Assembly (NCBI GenBank): GCA_035347995.1 | Contig: DAOPQD010000005.1 | Span: forward strand, 6,433 to 70,432 | DNA length: 64,000 nucleotides | Origin: Anaerolineae bacterium | GTDB lineage: Bacteria > Chloroflexota > Anaerolineae > B4-G1 > SLSP01 | Direction of reading: 5' to 3' | In this document: in pieces, positions 9,919 to 18,444 of the stretch | How the letters are laid out: the number at the start of each line of letters is the position of its first letter | How positions within the stretch are numbered: position 1 is the first letter of the stretch | Translations under genes and position numbers: made by a program | The notes under the pieces: model-generated | Databases searched by the model: none | Seen by the model: the letters and a program-made list of their open reading frames with translations, nothing else | Told to the model about the DNA's origin: nothing

Positions 9919-10011
9919 GACATCAATTCCGGCCTCTCCCCAGTGCTTCTATGATAACATACCTCTTGCGGCCGAAGCAAAAGGGGCCGTTGCGGTTCGG
10001 TTAAAAAACGG

Positions 10012-10551
10012 TTACTCTTCGGTCTGATCCATGACCTCGAGGATTGAATACAGGAGTTCCAGCAACACTTGCTTGACGCTCTCACGGTCGCGCGCCACGC
10101 ACGGGACGACCTTGACGCCCGGCTCAATCTTGAGCACGATGCGCAAGTCATCAGCCGGCCAGGCATCCGGTATGTCCTGCTTGTTGGCGGCGACGATGTA
10201 CGGCACAGGCGAATAGGCGCGGAAAGTGTCTAAAATGCGCTGCGCCTCGCGGAAGGTCTCCGGCCGGGTGCTGTCCACCATCACCACAAAGCCCAGCATC
10301 CCCTCAGAGAGGATTTCCCACATAAAATCGAAACGGCGCTGTCCCGGCGTGCCAAACAAATAGAGGATCAATTCCTCATCAATGGTAATGCGACCGAAGT
10401 CCATCGCCACCGTCGTCGCGTCCTTAATACGCTCGGCCCGGCTGGAGATCTTCCTTTCGGTCGAAACGACATCAATTTCACTCACACTCTGGATGAATTC
10501 GGTCTTCCCAGAAGCAAAGGGCCCCGTCACGACGATCTTCAGTGTTTGCAT
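10012..10551 (-). CDS. small Ras-like GTPase (conservon CvnD / COG2229-type ATP/GTP-binding protein)
   Basis: 179 aa. P-loop GPFASGKT, switch II FGTPGQ, NKQD specificity motif. Confidence 0.85.
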   Translation of the reverse strand: MQTLKIVVTGPFASGKTEFIQSVSEIDVVSTERKISSRAERIKDATTVAMDFGRITIDEELILYLFGTPGQRRFDFMWEILSEGMLGFVVMVDSTRPETFREAQRILDTFRAYSPVPYIVAANKQDIPDAWPADDLRIVLKIEPGVKVVPCVARDRESVKQVLLELLYSILEVMDQTEE

Positions 10552-10554
10552 GGA

Positions 10555-11415
10555 CTAGAGCTCCCGAATGCGATCAATGAGCTTGTGAATCAAGCTGCGC
10601 TTGACGTCAGGGCGACGCGCCCCCATCATGGCCTCAGGACGTTCCTTCTCCTCCGGCCGAACGCTCCGCGGCTCCCCGACCGTGGCTTCAGCCATCTGCC
10701 TCGGCGGACGAATGATTTCGACCAACCCCGCTTGCAGCAGGCCATAGACGATCTTGCGAATCTGAAATTCGCTCATGTTGTTGTACTGTGCGATCTGCCG
10801 GATGGCGTTGCGCGGATTGACGAAGGAAATCACCCGCCACTCCTCCACAGTCAGGTTCACATCCCGCAACGGGGTGTTGGGCTTCTCGGCAAATTTCAGC
10901 GCCACGTCGAGGGAAGGGATCTCTTCCTGCAGCCGTTCCCACTCTTTGAGCCGCCGGCTCCCCTCCATAATGACGTTTTCCAGGGCAATCGAGCTCACCA
11001 GCTTGCCCTGAATGGGCAACTCGTTCGGCTCGAAGCGGAACGTCCCCGCATTCCAGGAAAACACGCTGTAAGCCGTGTCCGTGATGTGTTGGCGCACGAG
11101 CTGCACCAGTTCCTGCTGCTGGACATGTCCCGACTGGATAAGCATCAGCGCCACATCCCGGTCGGGTTTGCTACCCATGTTGGTCGCAATAACGCGCGCC
11201 TGCTCCGCCGTCAACTTACCCGCTTTTTGTAGCAAAGGCAACAACGCGAGTTCCTGTCCATCCGCCGCCGCGTACACTAACGCTCCCTCGCGGAAACACA
11301 GGTAGGCCTTGCTTTGCGCACCCTCCAGGTAGAGCGTCCCCGTTTTACGGGCCAGGTTGATCAGGTTCAGCAGTTGTGTGATGCCGAAATCCTTCAAGTT
11401 GCCTTTTAGCGCCAT
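10555..11415 (-). CDS. DUF4388 (PATAN-like) domain protein with C-terminal wHTH-like region
   Basis: 286 aa. N-terminus LKGNLKDFGITQLLNLINLARKTGTLYL is the DUF4388 signature as I remember it. The C-terminal RQIAQYNNMSEFQIRKIVYGLLQAGLVEI looks like a winged helix. 3-nt gap to the GTPase gene. Confidence 0.7.
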   Translation of the reverse strand: MALKGNLKDFGITQLLNLINLARKTGTLYLEGAQSKAYLCFREGALVYAAADGQELALLPLLQKAGKLTAEQARVIATNMGSKPDRDVALMLIQSGHVQQQELVQLVRQHITDTAYSVFSWNAGTFRFEPNELPIQGKLVSSIALENVIMEGSRRLKEWERLQEEIPSLDVALKFAEKPNTPLRDVNLTVEEWRVISFVNPRNAIRQIAQYNNMSEFQIRKIVYGLLQAGLVEIIRPPRQMAEATVGEPRSVRPEEKERPEAMMGARRPDVKRSLIHKLIDRIREL

Positions 11416-11480
11416 TTCTGCCGTCCTTACTCCGATCTCAGGAAAACCAAAAGTGTGTCGTGAAAATCTTACATAACCCC

Positions 11481-11508
11481 ATTATAACTTGCTTCTAAGA
11501 GTCAGCAA
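11481..11508 (-). promoter_or_regulatory. candidate sigma70-type promoter for the DUF4388-GTPase gene string
   Basis: Minus strand reads TTGCTG-16 nt-TATAAT (perfect -10), about 65 nt upstream of the 11415 start and overlapping the recN 3' end. Confidence 0.3.
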
Positions 11509-13330
11509 ACCCGCCTTTATGCGCGGCCGCCTGCGCCAGAAGTTCTTCCGCGCCCTGCCGCGAGGCCGCGCCCTGCGTCCCCAACATCTGCGCCAGTTCC
11601 TCCAACCGCGACGCCGTTTCCAAACGCCGCACCGTGGTCACCGTGCGCCCTTCCACCACGGCCTTTTGCACGCCGTAATGGGCATCGCCAAACGCGGCCA
11701 GCTGCGGCAGATGGGTGATGCACAACACCTGATGCGCCGGCTGTGCGTCCCCCGTGGCCGCTCCCGTTGGCCGGGTCAGCCGCCAGAGCTTGGCGCCGAC
11801 AATGGCCCCAACGCGCCCGCCGATGCCCTGATCAATCTCGTCGAAAATCAACGTCGGTGTGCGATCGGCGCGCGAAAGCACCGTCTTGAGCGCCAGCATG
11901 AGCCGCGCCGTCTCTCCCCCCGAAGCAATGCGCGCCAGCGGCTTGAGTCCCTCGCCTACATTCGGCGCGATCAGGAATTCCACCTGCTCCACCCCCGTGA
12001 GATCGAAAGCGGCGGACGATACGGGAGTGTCGTCCTGGACCTCGACGTCGTCTGCCGTGACCCACACCTCCGCCGGCAGCGCCGTTTCCAGCGGCAGACC
12101 GGCGGGGTCCGTCTCACAGCGGAACGCGACGCCAAACCGCGTCCCCCCCATGCGCAGATCGGCCAGTTCCCCCTCAACGCCGGCAGCCAGCCGTCGCGCG
12201 GCATCTCGTCGCGCCGCCGACAGCGTCCCACACAGTTCCGCCGCCGCCACACTGCACGCCGCCGCCGCTTCTTCCAGCCCGGCGATGCGCTCGTCGCTGT
12301 GCTCCAGAGCTTCCAGCTCCGCCGCGATTCTGGTCGCGTAGGCCAGAATCTCAGGGATGTCGCCGCCGTATTTGCGCCGCAGGCTGTGAATCAGCGCCAG
12401 GCGCTCCTCGACCTGCTGCAGCCGGCGCGGGTTGAACTCGATGCGGCCCAGGTATTCCCGCAGGGAGCGCGCCAGATCCTCGAGCTGATACACTGCTTCC
12501 AGCCAGGCGCTCTCCTGAGAGCTCAGCGAGGGATCCACCCGCACCAGCGCGGCCATCTCCCGTTGCCCCTGGCCCAACAGATCAAGCACCGCCGGCGACT
12601 CTTCCGCGCCCTCCTCGAGCAGCGTCAGCAACGTCGCCGTCAGCGACGCCAGCTGCTCCGCATTCGCCAGGCGAACGCGCTCTGCCGCAAGCTCGTCCTC
12701 CTCGCCGATTTGCAACGCCGCGGCCGTGAGCTCCTGCAGCTGGAAGCGCAACAGGTCCTGCCGCTGCATCCGGCTGCTTTCGTCCTGGCGCAGCGCTTGC
12801 AACTCCCGCCGTACTGCCTGCAGGCGTCGGACCGCCTCAGCGACGCGCTCCCGCAATTCCCCGAGATCGGCAAAGCGATCCAGCAGCTGCACATGCTCCG
12901 CAACCCGCAGGAGGCTCAGATGCTCGCTCTGCCCGTGAATGTCCACCAACTGCTCGCCAAGCTGGCGCAACAACGCCGCCGCGACCACCGAGCCGTTGAC
13001 ACGCGCGACCGAACGGCCATTGTCGCGGAGCTCGCGACTCAGCCACAGCACATCGGCGGCCTCGCTATCCAGCCCCTCTTGCTCGAGGAGCGGCGCGAGC
13101 CGCGCCTGCTGCCCGGCGTCGAGCTGAAACATCCCTTCGACCAAGGCGCGCGTGGCGCCCTCGCGGATCGCCGTCGCATCGGCGCGCCCGCCCAGCAACA
13201 GCATCACCGCATCAATCACGATGGATTTACCGGCGCCGGTCTCCCCTGTGAGAATATTGAAACCCGGCTCCAGGTTCAAATGCAATTCGTCAATGATGGC
13301 AAAATCTCGAATATGCAGCTCTTTTAACAC
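11495..13330 (-). CDS. recN: DNA repair protein RecN
   Basis: 611 aa. LHIRDFAIIDEL..FNILTGETGAGKSI, coiled-coil middle, C-terminal ASGGETARLMLALK, LIFDEIDQGIGG. GTG start. Confidence 0.95.
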   Translation of the reverse strand: MLKELHIRDFAIIDELHLNLEPGFNILTGETGAGKSIVIDAVMLLLGGRADATAIREGATRALVEGMFQLDAGQQARLAPLLEQEGLDSEAADVLWLSRELRDNGRSVARVNGSVVAAALLRQLGEQLVDIHGQSEHLSLLRVAEHVQLLDRFADLGELRERVAEAVRRLQAVRRELQALRQDESSRMQRQDLLRFQLQELTAAALQIGEEDELAAERVRLANAEQLASLTATLLTLLEEGAEESPAVLDLLGQGQREMAALVRVDPSLSSQESAWLEAVYQLEDLARSLREYLGRIEFNPRRLQQVEERLALIHSLRRKYGGDIPEILAYATRIAAELEALEHSDERIAGLEEAAAACSVAAAELCGTLSAARRDAARRLAAGVEGELADLRMGGTRFGVAFRCETDPAGLPLETALPAEVWVTADDVEVQDDTPVSSAAFDLTGVEQVEFLIAPNVGEGLKPLARIASGGETARLMLALKTVLSRADRTPTLIFDEIDQGIGGRVGAIVGAKLWRLTRPTGAATGDAQPAHQVLCITHLPQLAAFGDAHYGVQKAVVEGRTVTTVRRLETASRLEELAQMLGTQGAASRQGAEELLAQAAAHKGGFADS

Positions 13331-13368
13331 ACGCGCCCCTCACCCCGCAGATATACTCGCGCTTCAGT

Positions 13369-13392
13369 TATACTTTCCACTATACTTTCCAC
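13369..13392. repeat. exact tandem duplication of a 12-mer (tatactttccac x2) in the recN upstream region
   Basis: Read directly: 13369-13380 is identical to 13381-13392. Confidence 0.9.
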
Positions 13393-13393
13393 G

Positions 13394-13414
13394 GTTACAA
13401 TCTTTCATTGTAAC
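13394..13414. promoter_or_regulatory. perfect inverted repeat GTTACAAT-N5-ATTGTAAC upstream of recN (candidate operator)
   Basis: Read directly. Centre is about 74 nt upstream of the recN start and abuts the 12-mer tandem. Confidence 0.35.
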
Positions 13415-13458
13415 GATTCAACCACCGACTGAGAAACGGCATAGATTTCAGAGCAATT

Positions 13459-13659
13459 GCTGAAAGAATCAAATTTGTAATACGTACCGCCTTTGCCCCC
13501 TATCCCCTTCCCCCCGCGCGCGCGGGGGGAAGGGGACTTTTTTGCCCCCTTATTTTTTCTCCCCCTCCCCAGTGCGTGCACTGGGGAGGGGCAAAAACTA
13601 CCGGTCACAAAGGTTCGTCCATTGCCGTCTGGATAGTTGACGCCAGGTTGAACAGTTAC
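13459..13659 (+). repeat. modular GC-hairpin repeat, copy A (about 200 nt)
   Basis: Colinear with 47836..48085. Shared blocks: GCTGAA.., CTTTGCCCCCTATCCCC, hairpin CCCCTTCCCCCCGCGCG..GGGGGGAAGGGG + T-run, CCCCTTATTTTTTCTCCCC, a CTCCCC..GGGGAG hairpin, ..ACAAAGGTTC.TCCAT.GCCGTC..GCCAGG.TGAACAGT.AC. Confidence 0.8.
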
Positions 13660-13969
13660 GAGATTTGAAAGATTATGGCCGTGAGCAGTATCACATCATC
13701 GAAAATTTACCAGAGATGCCGGAGACACAGGAAAAATCTGATAAGACGCCGTGTCCTCTGTGACTCCAGGGTTAAAATTATTTGCGCCGCTGAGGCCGTC
13801 TTATTTCCGATACCGTCCAATGAAAAAAAGCATATACCTGATTAGCCGAGAAAGCAAGTCCGCCGACGTTTGGAAGGCTTTGAAACAGGTCTGAGAGCTT
13901 TTGAGAGCTGCTTTATGCTAAGATGTGAGCGTTAAAAGATAGCCAGGACATCGGGAGTATAGTCTGCCT

Positions 13970-15271
13970 GTGGAACACAGTTCCCGTATTGCGGGATTTT
14001 ATAATCTGAGCGGCGCTGAACGTCTGCAGCTGGTTGCCGACTGGGCCGCGCTGAATGCCGAAGAGCAAGCCGTGCTCTCCGGCATTTTGGGCCTGGATGT
14101 GGAACACGGCGCGGCCATGATCGAGAACGTTATCGGGATCTACAGCCTGCCACTCGGCATCGCCGCCAATTTCACGGTGAACGGCCGCGACGTGCTGGTG
14201 CCCATGGTGATCGAGGAGCCGTCGGTCGTCGCGGGGGCCTCGCTGGCTGCCCGACTGGCGCGCGCCGGCGGTGGCTTCAGCGCAAGCACCGCCGAGCCGG
14301 TGATGATCGGACAGCTGCAGGTCATGGGCCTTGACGATCTCGAGGCCGCGCAGGCGCGCCTTCTGGCGGAGAAAGCGGCACTCCTGGCCCTGGCCCATGC
14401 CGTGGACCCTGTCCTCGCGCAGCTGGGCGGCGGCGCGCAAGACCTGGAAGTCCGCCTCCTGCCGGAGACGCCCGCCGGTCCCATGCTCATCGTGCACCTG
14501 CTCTACGACGTGCGCGACGCGATGGGCGCCAATGCTGTCAACACGGCCTGTGAACGCCTCGCGCCGGAAATCGCTCGGCTTACCGGCGGGAGAGTCTTCC
14601 TGCGCATTCTGAGCAACCTGGCGGATCGTCGCCTGGCGCGCGCCGGGGTCGTCATCCCCGAAAGCGCGCTGGCGTTTGATCACTTCAGCGGCGAAACGGT
14701 CGCCCTCGGCATCGAACAGGCCTGGGCCTTCGCTGCCGCCGATCCCTACCGCGCCGCGACGCACAACAAAGGCATCATGAATGGCGTGGATGCGGTCGTG
14801 CTCGCTACGGGGAACGACTGGCGCGCCATCGAAGCGGGGGCCCATGCCTACGCCGCCCGCGAGGGGCGCTACACGAGCCTCAGCACGTGGCAGCGCGATG
14901 GGAAGGGCAACCTCGTCGGCAGCCTGGAGCTGCCCCTGGCGTTGGGCATCGTCGGCGGGGCGACGCGCGTGCATCCGACGGCGCGGGTCGCGCTCAAAAT
15001 CCTGGGGGTGCAGACTGCCCGCGAGCTGGCGGAGATCGTCGCCAGCGTGGGACTGGCGCAGAATCTCGCCGCGCTCCGCGCCCTGGCGACAGAGGGCATC
15101 CAGAAGGGACACATGAGCCTGCACGCCCGGCAGGTCGCCATGGCAGCCGGCGCTACGGGAGAAGCCATCGAGCGCGTCGCCGAGGCCATGATCGCCGAGG
15201 GCGTTATCCGCGTGGATCGCGCCACGGCCTGGTTAGAGCATTTTTACCGCGAGGAGCACGGCGCCGCGTGA
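13970..15271 (+). CDS. mvaA: hydroxymethylglutaryl-CoA reductase, class II
   Basis: 433 aa. MIENVIGIYSLPLGIAANFTVNGRDVLVPMVIEEPSVVAGAS closely matches my recollection of the Pseudomonas mevalonii MvaA block. GTG start. Confidence 0.9.
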   Translation: MEHSSRIAGFYNLSGAERLQLVADWAALNAEEQAVLSGILGLDVEHGAAMIENVIGIYSLPLGIAANFTVNGRDVLVPMVIEEPSVVAGASLAARLARAGGGFSASTAEPVMIGQLQVMGLDDLEAAQARLLAEKAALLALAHAVDPVLAQLGGGAQDLEVRLLPETPAGPMLIVHLLYDVRDAMGANAVNTACERLAPEIARLTGGRVFLRILSNLADRRLARAGVVIPESALAFDHFSGETVALGIEQAWAFAAADPYRAATHNKGIMNGVDAVVLATGNDWRAIEAGAHAYAAREGRYTSLSTWQRDGKGNLVGSLELPLALGIVGGATRVHPTARVALKILGVQTARELAEIVASVGLAQNLAALRALATEGIQKGHMSLHARQVAMAAGATGEAIERVAEAMIAEGVIRVDRATAWLEHFYREEHGAA

Positions 15272-15319
15272 GGCGTCGCACCGTGTCCGGCGCGCCGAAA
15301 CTGGAATCAGGAGGTCATT

Positions 15320-16384
15320 GTGGCAGAACGTTGGACCATGCATCCACAACGCCCGGTGGGAATTGTCGGTTATGGCTCGTACGTGCCCATGTACCGCCTG
15401 CCCAATGCGGAAATCAGCCGCATCTGGGGCAGCGGCGATGAGGGGGGGCCCATCAAGGAAAAGGCCGTCGCCGGATTGGATGAGGACACAATCACCATTG
15501 CGATCGAGGCCGCGCGCAACGCTTTGAGTCGCGCCGGCATTGCTCCCGAAGACATCCGCGCGGTCTGGATAGGCAGCGAATCGCATCCCTACGCCGTCAA
15601 ACCGAGTTCGACGGTCGTGGCTGAAGCGCTCGGCACGTCCCCCTATCACCTGGCGGCGGACCTGGAATTCGCCTGCAAGGCCGGCACCGAGGCGCTGCAG
15701 GCGGCCATCGGCCTGGTCGGCTCTGGCATGGCGCGCTACGCCCTGGCCATCGGCGCGGACACGGCGCAAGGGCGGCCCGGCGATGCGCTGGAATACACCG
15801 CTGCTTCCGGCGGGACCGCCTTCATCGTAGGGCCGGCGGAGGAGGCGCTCGCGGTGCTGCGCGGGTCGCTCTCTTTCGTCACCGATACGCCCGACTTCTG
15901 GCGGCGCGCCTATCAACATTATCCCAGCCACGGCGGACGCTTTACCGGCGAACCGGCTTACTTCCACCACATTCAATCCGCTGCTGAGGCGCTGCTGGAG
16001 GAGATGGGATTGGGGCCCCAGGATTTCACCTACGCCATCTTCCATCAGCCCAACGTCAAATTCCCGGAGCGGGTAGGCAAGCGCCTGGGCTTCACCAAAG
16101 AGCAGCTGCAGCCGGGTCTGATCAGCAACCGCATTGGGAACACCTACGCCGGCGCGGCGGTGACGGGCCTCTCGGCGACGCTGGATGTCGCCAAAGCGGG
16201 GGATCGCATCCTCATGGTCAGCTTCGGCTCCGGCGCCGGCTCCGACGCTTTCGTGTGGGACGTCACGGGGGCGCTGGAAGAGCGGCGACATCACGCGCCG
16301 CTGGTACAAGACTATATCGCCCGCCGCGTGGAAATTGACTACGGTCTGTATGTCCGCTATCGCGGCAAACTGCTGGTGAAGTAG
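15320..16384 (+). CDS. HMG-CoA synthase, archaeal-type
   Basis: 354 aa. [14 protein letters not shown], condensing-enzyme core ([17 protein letters not shown]). GGAGG lies 5 nt before the GTG at 15320. Confidence 0.85.
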   Translation: MAERWTMHPQRPVGIVGYGSYVPMYRLPNAEISRIWGSGDEGGPIKEKAVAGLDEDTITIAIEAARNALSRAGIAPEDIRAVWIGSESHPYAVKPSSTVVAEALGTSPYHLAADLEFACKAGTEALQAAIGLVGSGMARYALAIGADTAQGRPGDALEYTAASGGTAFIVGPAEEALAVLRGSLSFVTDTPDFWRRAYQHYPSHGGRFTGEPAYFHHIQSAAEALLEEMGLGPQDFTYAIFHQPNVKFPERVGKRLGFTKEQLQPGLISNRIGNTYAGAAVTGLSATLDVAKAGDRILMVSFGSGAGSDAFVWDVTGALEERRHHAPLVQDYIARRVEIDYGLYVRYRGKLLVK

Positions 16385-16393
16385 GAGGCACGG

Positions 16394-17551
16394 ATGCGCG
16401 ACGTAGCCATTATCGGCATCGGCCAGACGCCGGTTCAAGAACATTGGCCCATCAGCCTGCGGCATCTGGCGCTGGAAGCGGCGCTGAACGCGCTCCACGA
16501 TGCCAACATCGAAAAAGTGGACGCCATCTATGTCGGCAATATGCTTTCGGGTGAAATCACCGGCCAGGAGCATCTCGGCGCGTTGCTCGCCGACGAGCTG
16601 GGACAGTCGGGCGCTGAGGCTTTGAAGGTAGAAGCGGCGTGCGCTTCGGGCGCGGCGGCGCTGCGCGTGGGGATGATGGCGGTCGCCAGCGGGATGAACG
16701 ATCTGGTGTTGGTGACCGGCGTGGAGAAGATGACGGACACGTCGGGCCGTGAGACGACGGCGGCGCTGGCCATGGCGGCAGACGCGGAATATGAAGTCGC
16801 GCAGGGCGTGTCGTTTGTGAGCCTCAACGCGCTGTTGATGCGCCGCTACATGTACGAATACGGCTGGGAACGTAAGGATTTCGCCAATTTCGTGGTGACG
16901 GCGCACGCCAACGGGATGAAAAATCCCAACGCGATGTTTCACATGAAGGTGACGCCGGAACAATATGCGCATTGCGCCACCATCGCCGATCCGGTGGGCC
17001 TGCTCGACGCTTCGCCGGTCTGCGATGGAGCTGCGGCGGTAGTCCTGGCGCCCGCGGAGTACGCGCGCACCCTCAGCCCGGCGCCGATCCGCATTCGTGG
17101 GTCAGGCATCGCTACAGCGCCGATCGCCGTCCACGACCGCAAGGATCCGCTGGCGCTGGAAGCAGCGCGCCTGTCGGTCAAGCGCGCTTATGAAATGGCG
17201 AAGGTGAAGCCGCAGGACATCAGCTTCTTCGAACTGCACGACGCCTTCACCATCATGTCGGCGCTGAGCCTGGAGGCTGCCGGCTTCGCCGAGCGGGGGC
17301 AGGGCGTGCGGTTGGCGCTCGATGGGGAGATCACGCTGGAGGGGCGGATTCCCATCGCCACCATGGGCGGGCTGAAGTCGCGGGGGCATCCTGTCGGTGC
17401 GACGGGCATGTATCAGGTCGTGGAGGCCGTCCTGCAATTGCGGGGGTTGGCGGGGAAAAATCAGCTGCACCATCCGCGCCTGGGCATGACCCAGAACATC
17501 GGCGGCAGCGGCGCCACCATCATCACGACGATTTTGGAAGCGATGGGGTGA
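16394..17551 (+). CDS. acetyl-CoA acetyltransferase (thiolase), archaeal-type
   Basis: 385 aa. VAIIGIGQTP, active-site region EAACASGAAA, C-terminal GHPVGATG..NIGGSGAT. Confidence 0.9.
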   Translation: MRDVAIIGIGQTPVQEHWPISLRHLALEAALNALHDANIEKVDAIYVGNMLSGEITGQEHLGALLADELGQSGAEALKVEAACASGAAALRVGMMAVASGMNDLVLVTGVEKMTDTSGRETTAALAMAADAEYEVAQGVSFVSLNALLMRRYMYEYGWERKDFANFVVTAHANGMKNPNAMFHMKVTPEQYAHCATIADPVGLLDASPVCDGAAAVVLAPAEYARTLSPAPIRIRGSGIATAPIAVHDRKDPLALEAARLSVKRAYEMAKVKPQDISFFELHDAFTIMSALSLEAAGFAERGQGVRLALDGEITLEGRIPIATMGGLKSRGHPVGATGMYQVVEAVLQLRGLAGKNQLHHPRLGMTQNIGGSGATIITTILEAMG

Positions 17552-17646
17552 GCAGGAATGCGTAACGAGTGATGCGTCAAAGGGAACAGCCCTACACGGC
17601 GCGCATTATGTTTGACAATGCTTGATTCTCAGAAAGGAGAGCTCTC

Positions 17647-18057
17647 ATGGAAGGAAAAGTTGCTCACGATTGGCGGTTGAAGGGTCAGCGGTATCGTCTG
17701 GAGGGAGAAGAGTGCCCACATTGCAAGGCCAAGATTTTCCCGCCGCGGGACATCTGCCCGGAATGCAAGCAGCCGGCAAAGGAACCCTATCGCCTGAGCG
17801 GGCGCGGCGAGGTTTACACTTTCAGCACGCTCAACAGCGCGCCTGAGGGCTTCGAGGGGTTTGTTCCCTACACCGTGGCGCTGATTAAGCTGGAGGAAGG
17901 CCCGATGATCACGGCTCAGCTCACCGATGTGGCGCCAGAGGATGTGCGCATCGGGATGCCGGTGGAGATGGTCACCCGCAAGTTGCGCGCGCAAGGCGAC
18001 GAAGGCACGATCATCTACGGCTACAAGTTCCGCCCGGCGGGATGGGGGCACGTCTAG
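17647..18057 (+). CDS. DUF35 OB-fold / zinc-ribbon protein (thiolase-HMGS scaffold type)
   Basis: 136 aa. Zinc ribbon CPHC..CPEC followed by an OB-fold-like region. Good SD (AAAGGAGAG). Confidence 0.85.
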   Translation: MEGKVAHDWRLKGQRYRLEGEECPHCKAKIFPPRDICPECKQPAKEPYRLSGRGEVYTFSTLNSAPEGFEGFVPYTVALIKLEEGPMITAQLTDVAPEDVRIGMPVEMVTRKLRAQGDEGTIIYGYKFRPAGWGHV

Positions 18058-18083
18058 CCGATTCCCCATTGGTCACACGTCAT

Positions 18084-18133
18084 CGCCGTCTACGCGATTC
18101 CCGGATTTGGGGATCGCGTAGACGGCGTTTTTA
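18084..18133 (+). terminator. rho-independent terminator after the mevalonate-entry operon
   Basis: 15-bp perfect stem cgccgtctacgcgat / atcgcgtagacggcg followed by TTTTTA. Confidence 0.8.
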
Positions 18134-18289
18134 CTTTGGGGCACATGTAGCAGAACAGCGAAAACGCAGCTCATTGCCAGGCCCCGCCATGAATTCCGGG
18201 CCTGATACGTCAGGCCCGCTGAAGACAGTCTCCAAGCGACGCACGTGAGCGGGGGATCCGAGTGCTACCAGCGGTTTGATGGCAAAAAC

Positions 18290-18317
18290 TTGACTCTCAA
18301 ACGGTTGTCTCTATACT
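18290..18317 (+). promoter_or_regulatory. candidate promoter TTGACT-16-TATACT
   Basis: Read directly, about 130 nt upstream of the 18445 ORF. Confidence 0.35.
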
Positions 18318-18444
18318 GAAAAAAGAAGGTACCCCGTACGCCATGGCTCCCGGCCCGCCTGGTTGACTTGCCTGAAAGCAGGTCTCCGGTTATCATAGAG
18401 AAATCCATAGCAAGCGAAAAGCACGCGCCGCAAAAGGAGACTTC

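Noticed and set aside
13369-13659. A CRISPR array, suggested by the tandem 12-mer and the GC-rich palindromes at 13.4-13.6 kb and 47.9 kb.
   Set aside because: There are only two adjacent 12-mers with no spacers. The palindromic modules are not regularly spaced repeats, and no cas genes are in the window.
13940-13972. A leaderless transcript for the HMG-CoA reductase gene (TATAGT-6 nt-GTG).
   Set aside because: No acceptable -35 sits at 16-18 nt. The start codon is GTG, and a GGGAG lies 13 nt upstream. The evidence is much weaker than for mutS, so this is mentioned only as a look-alike.
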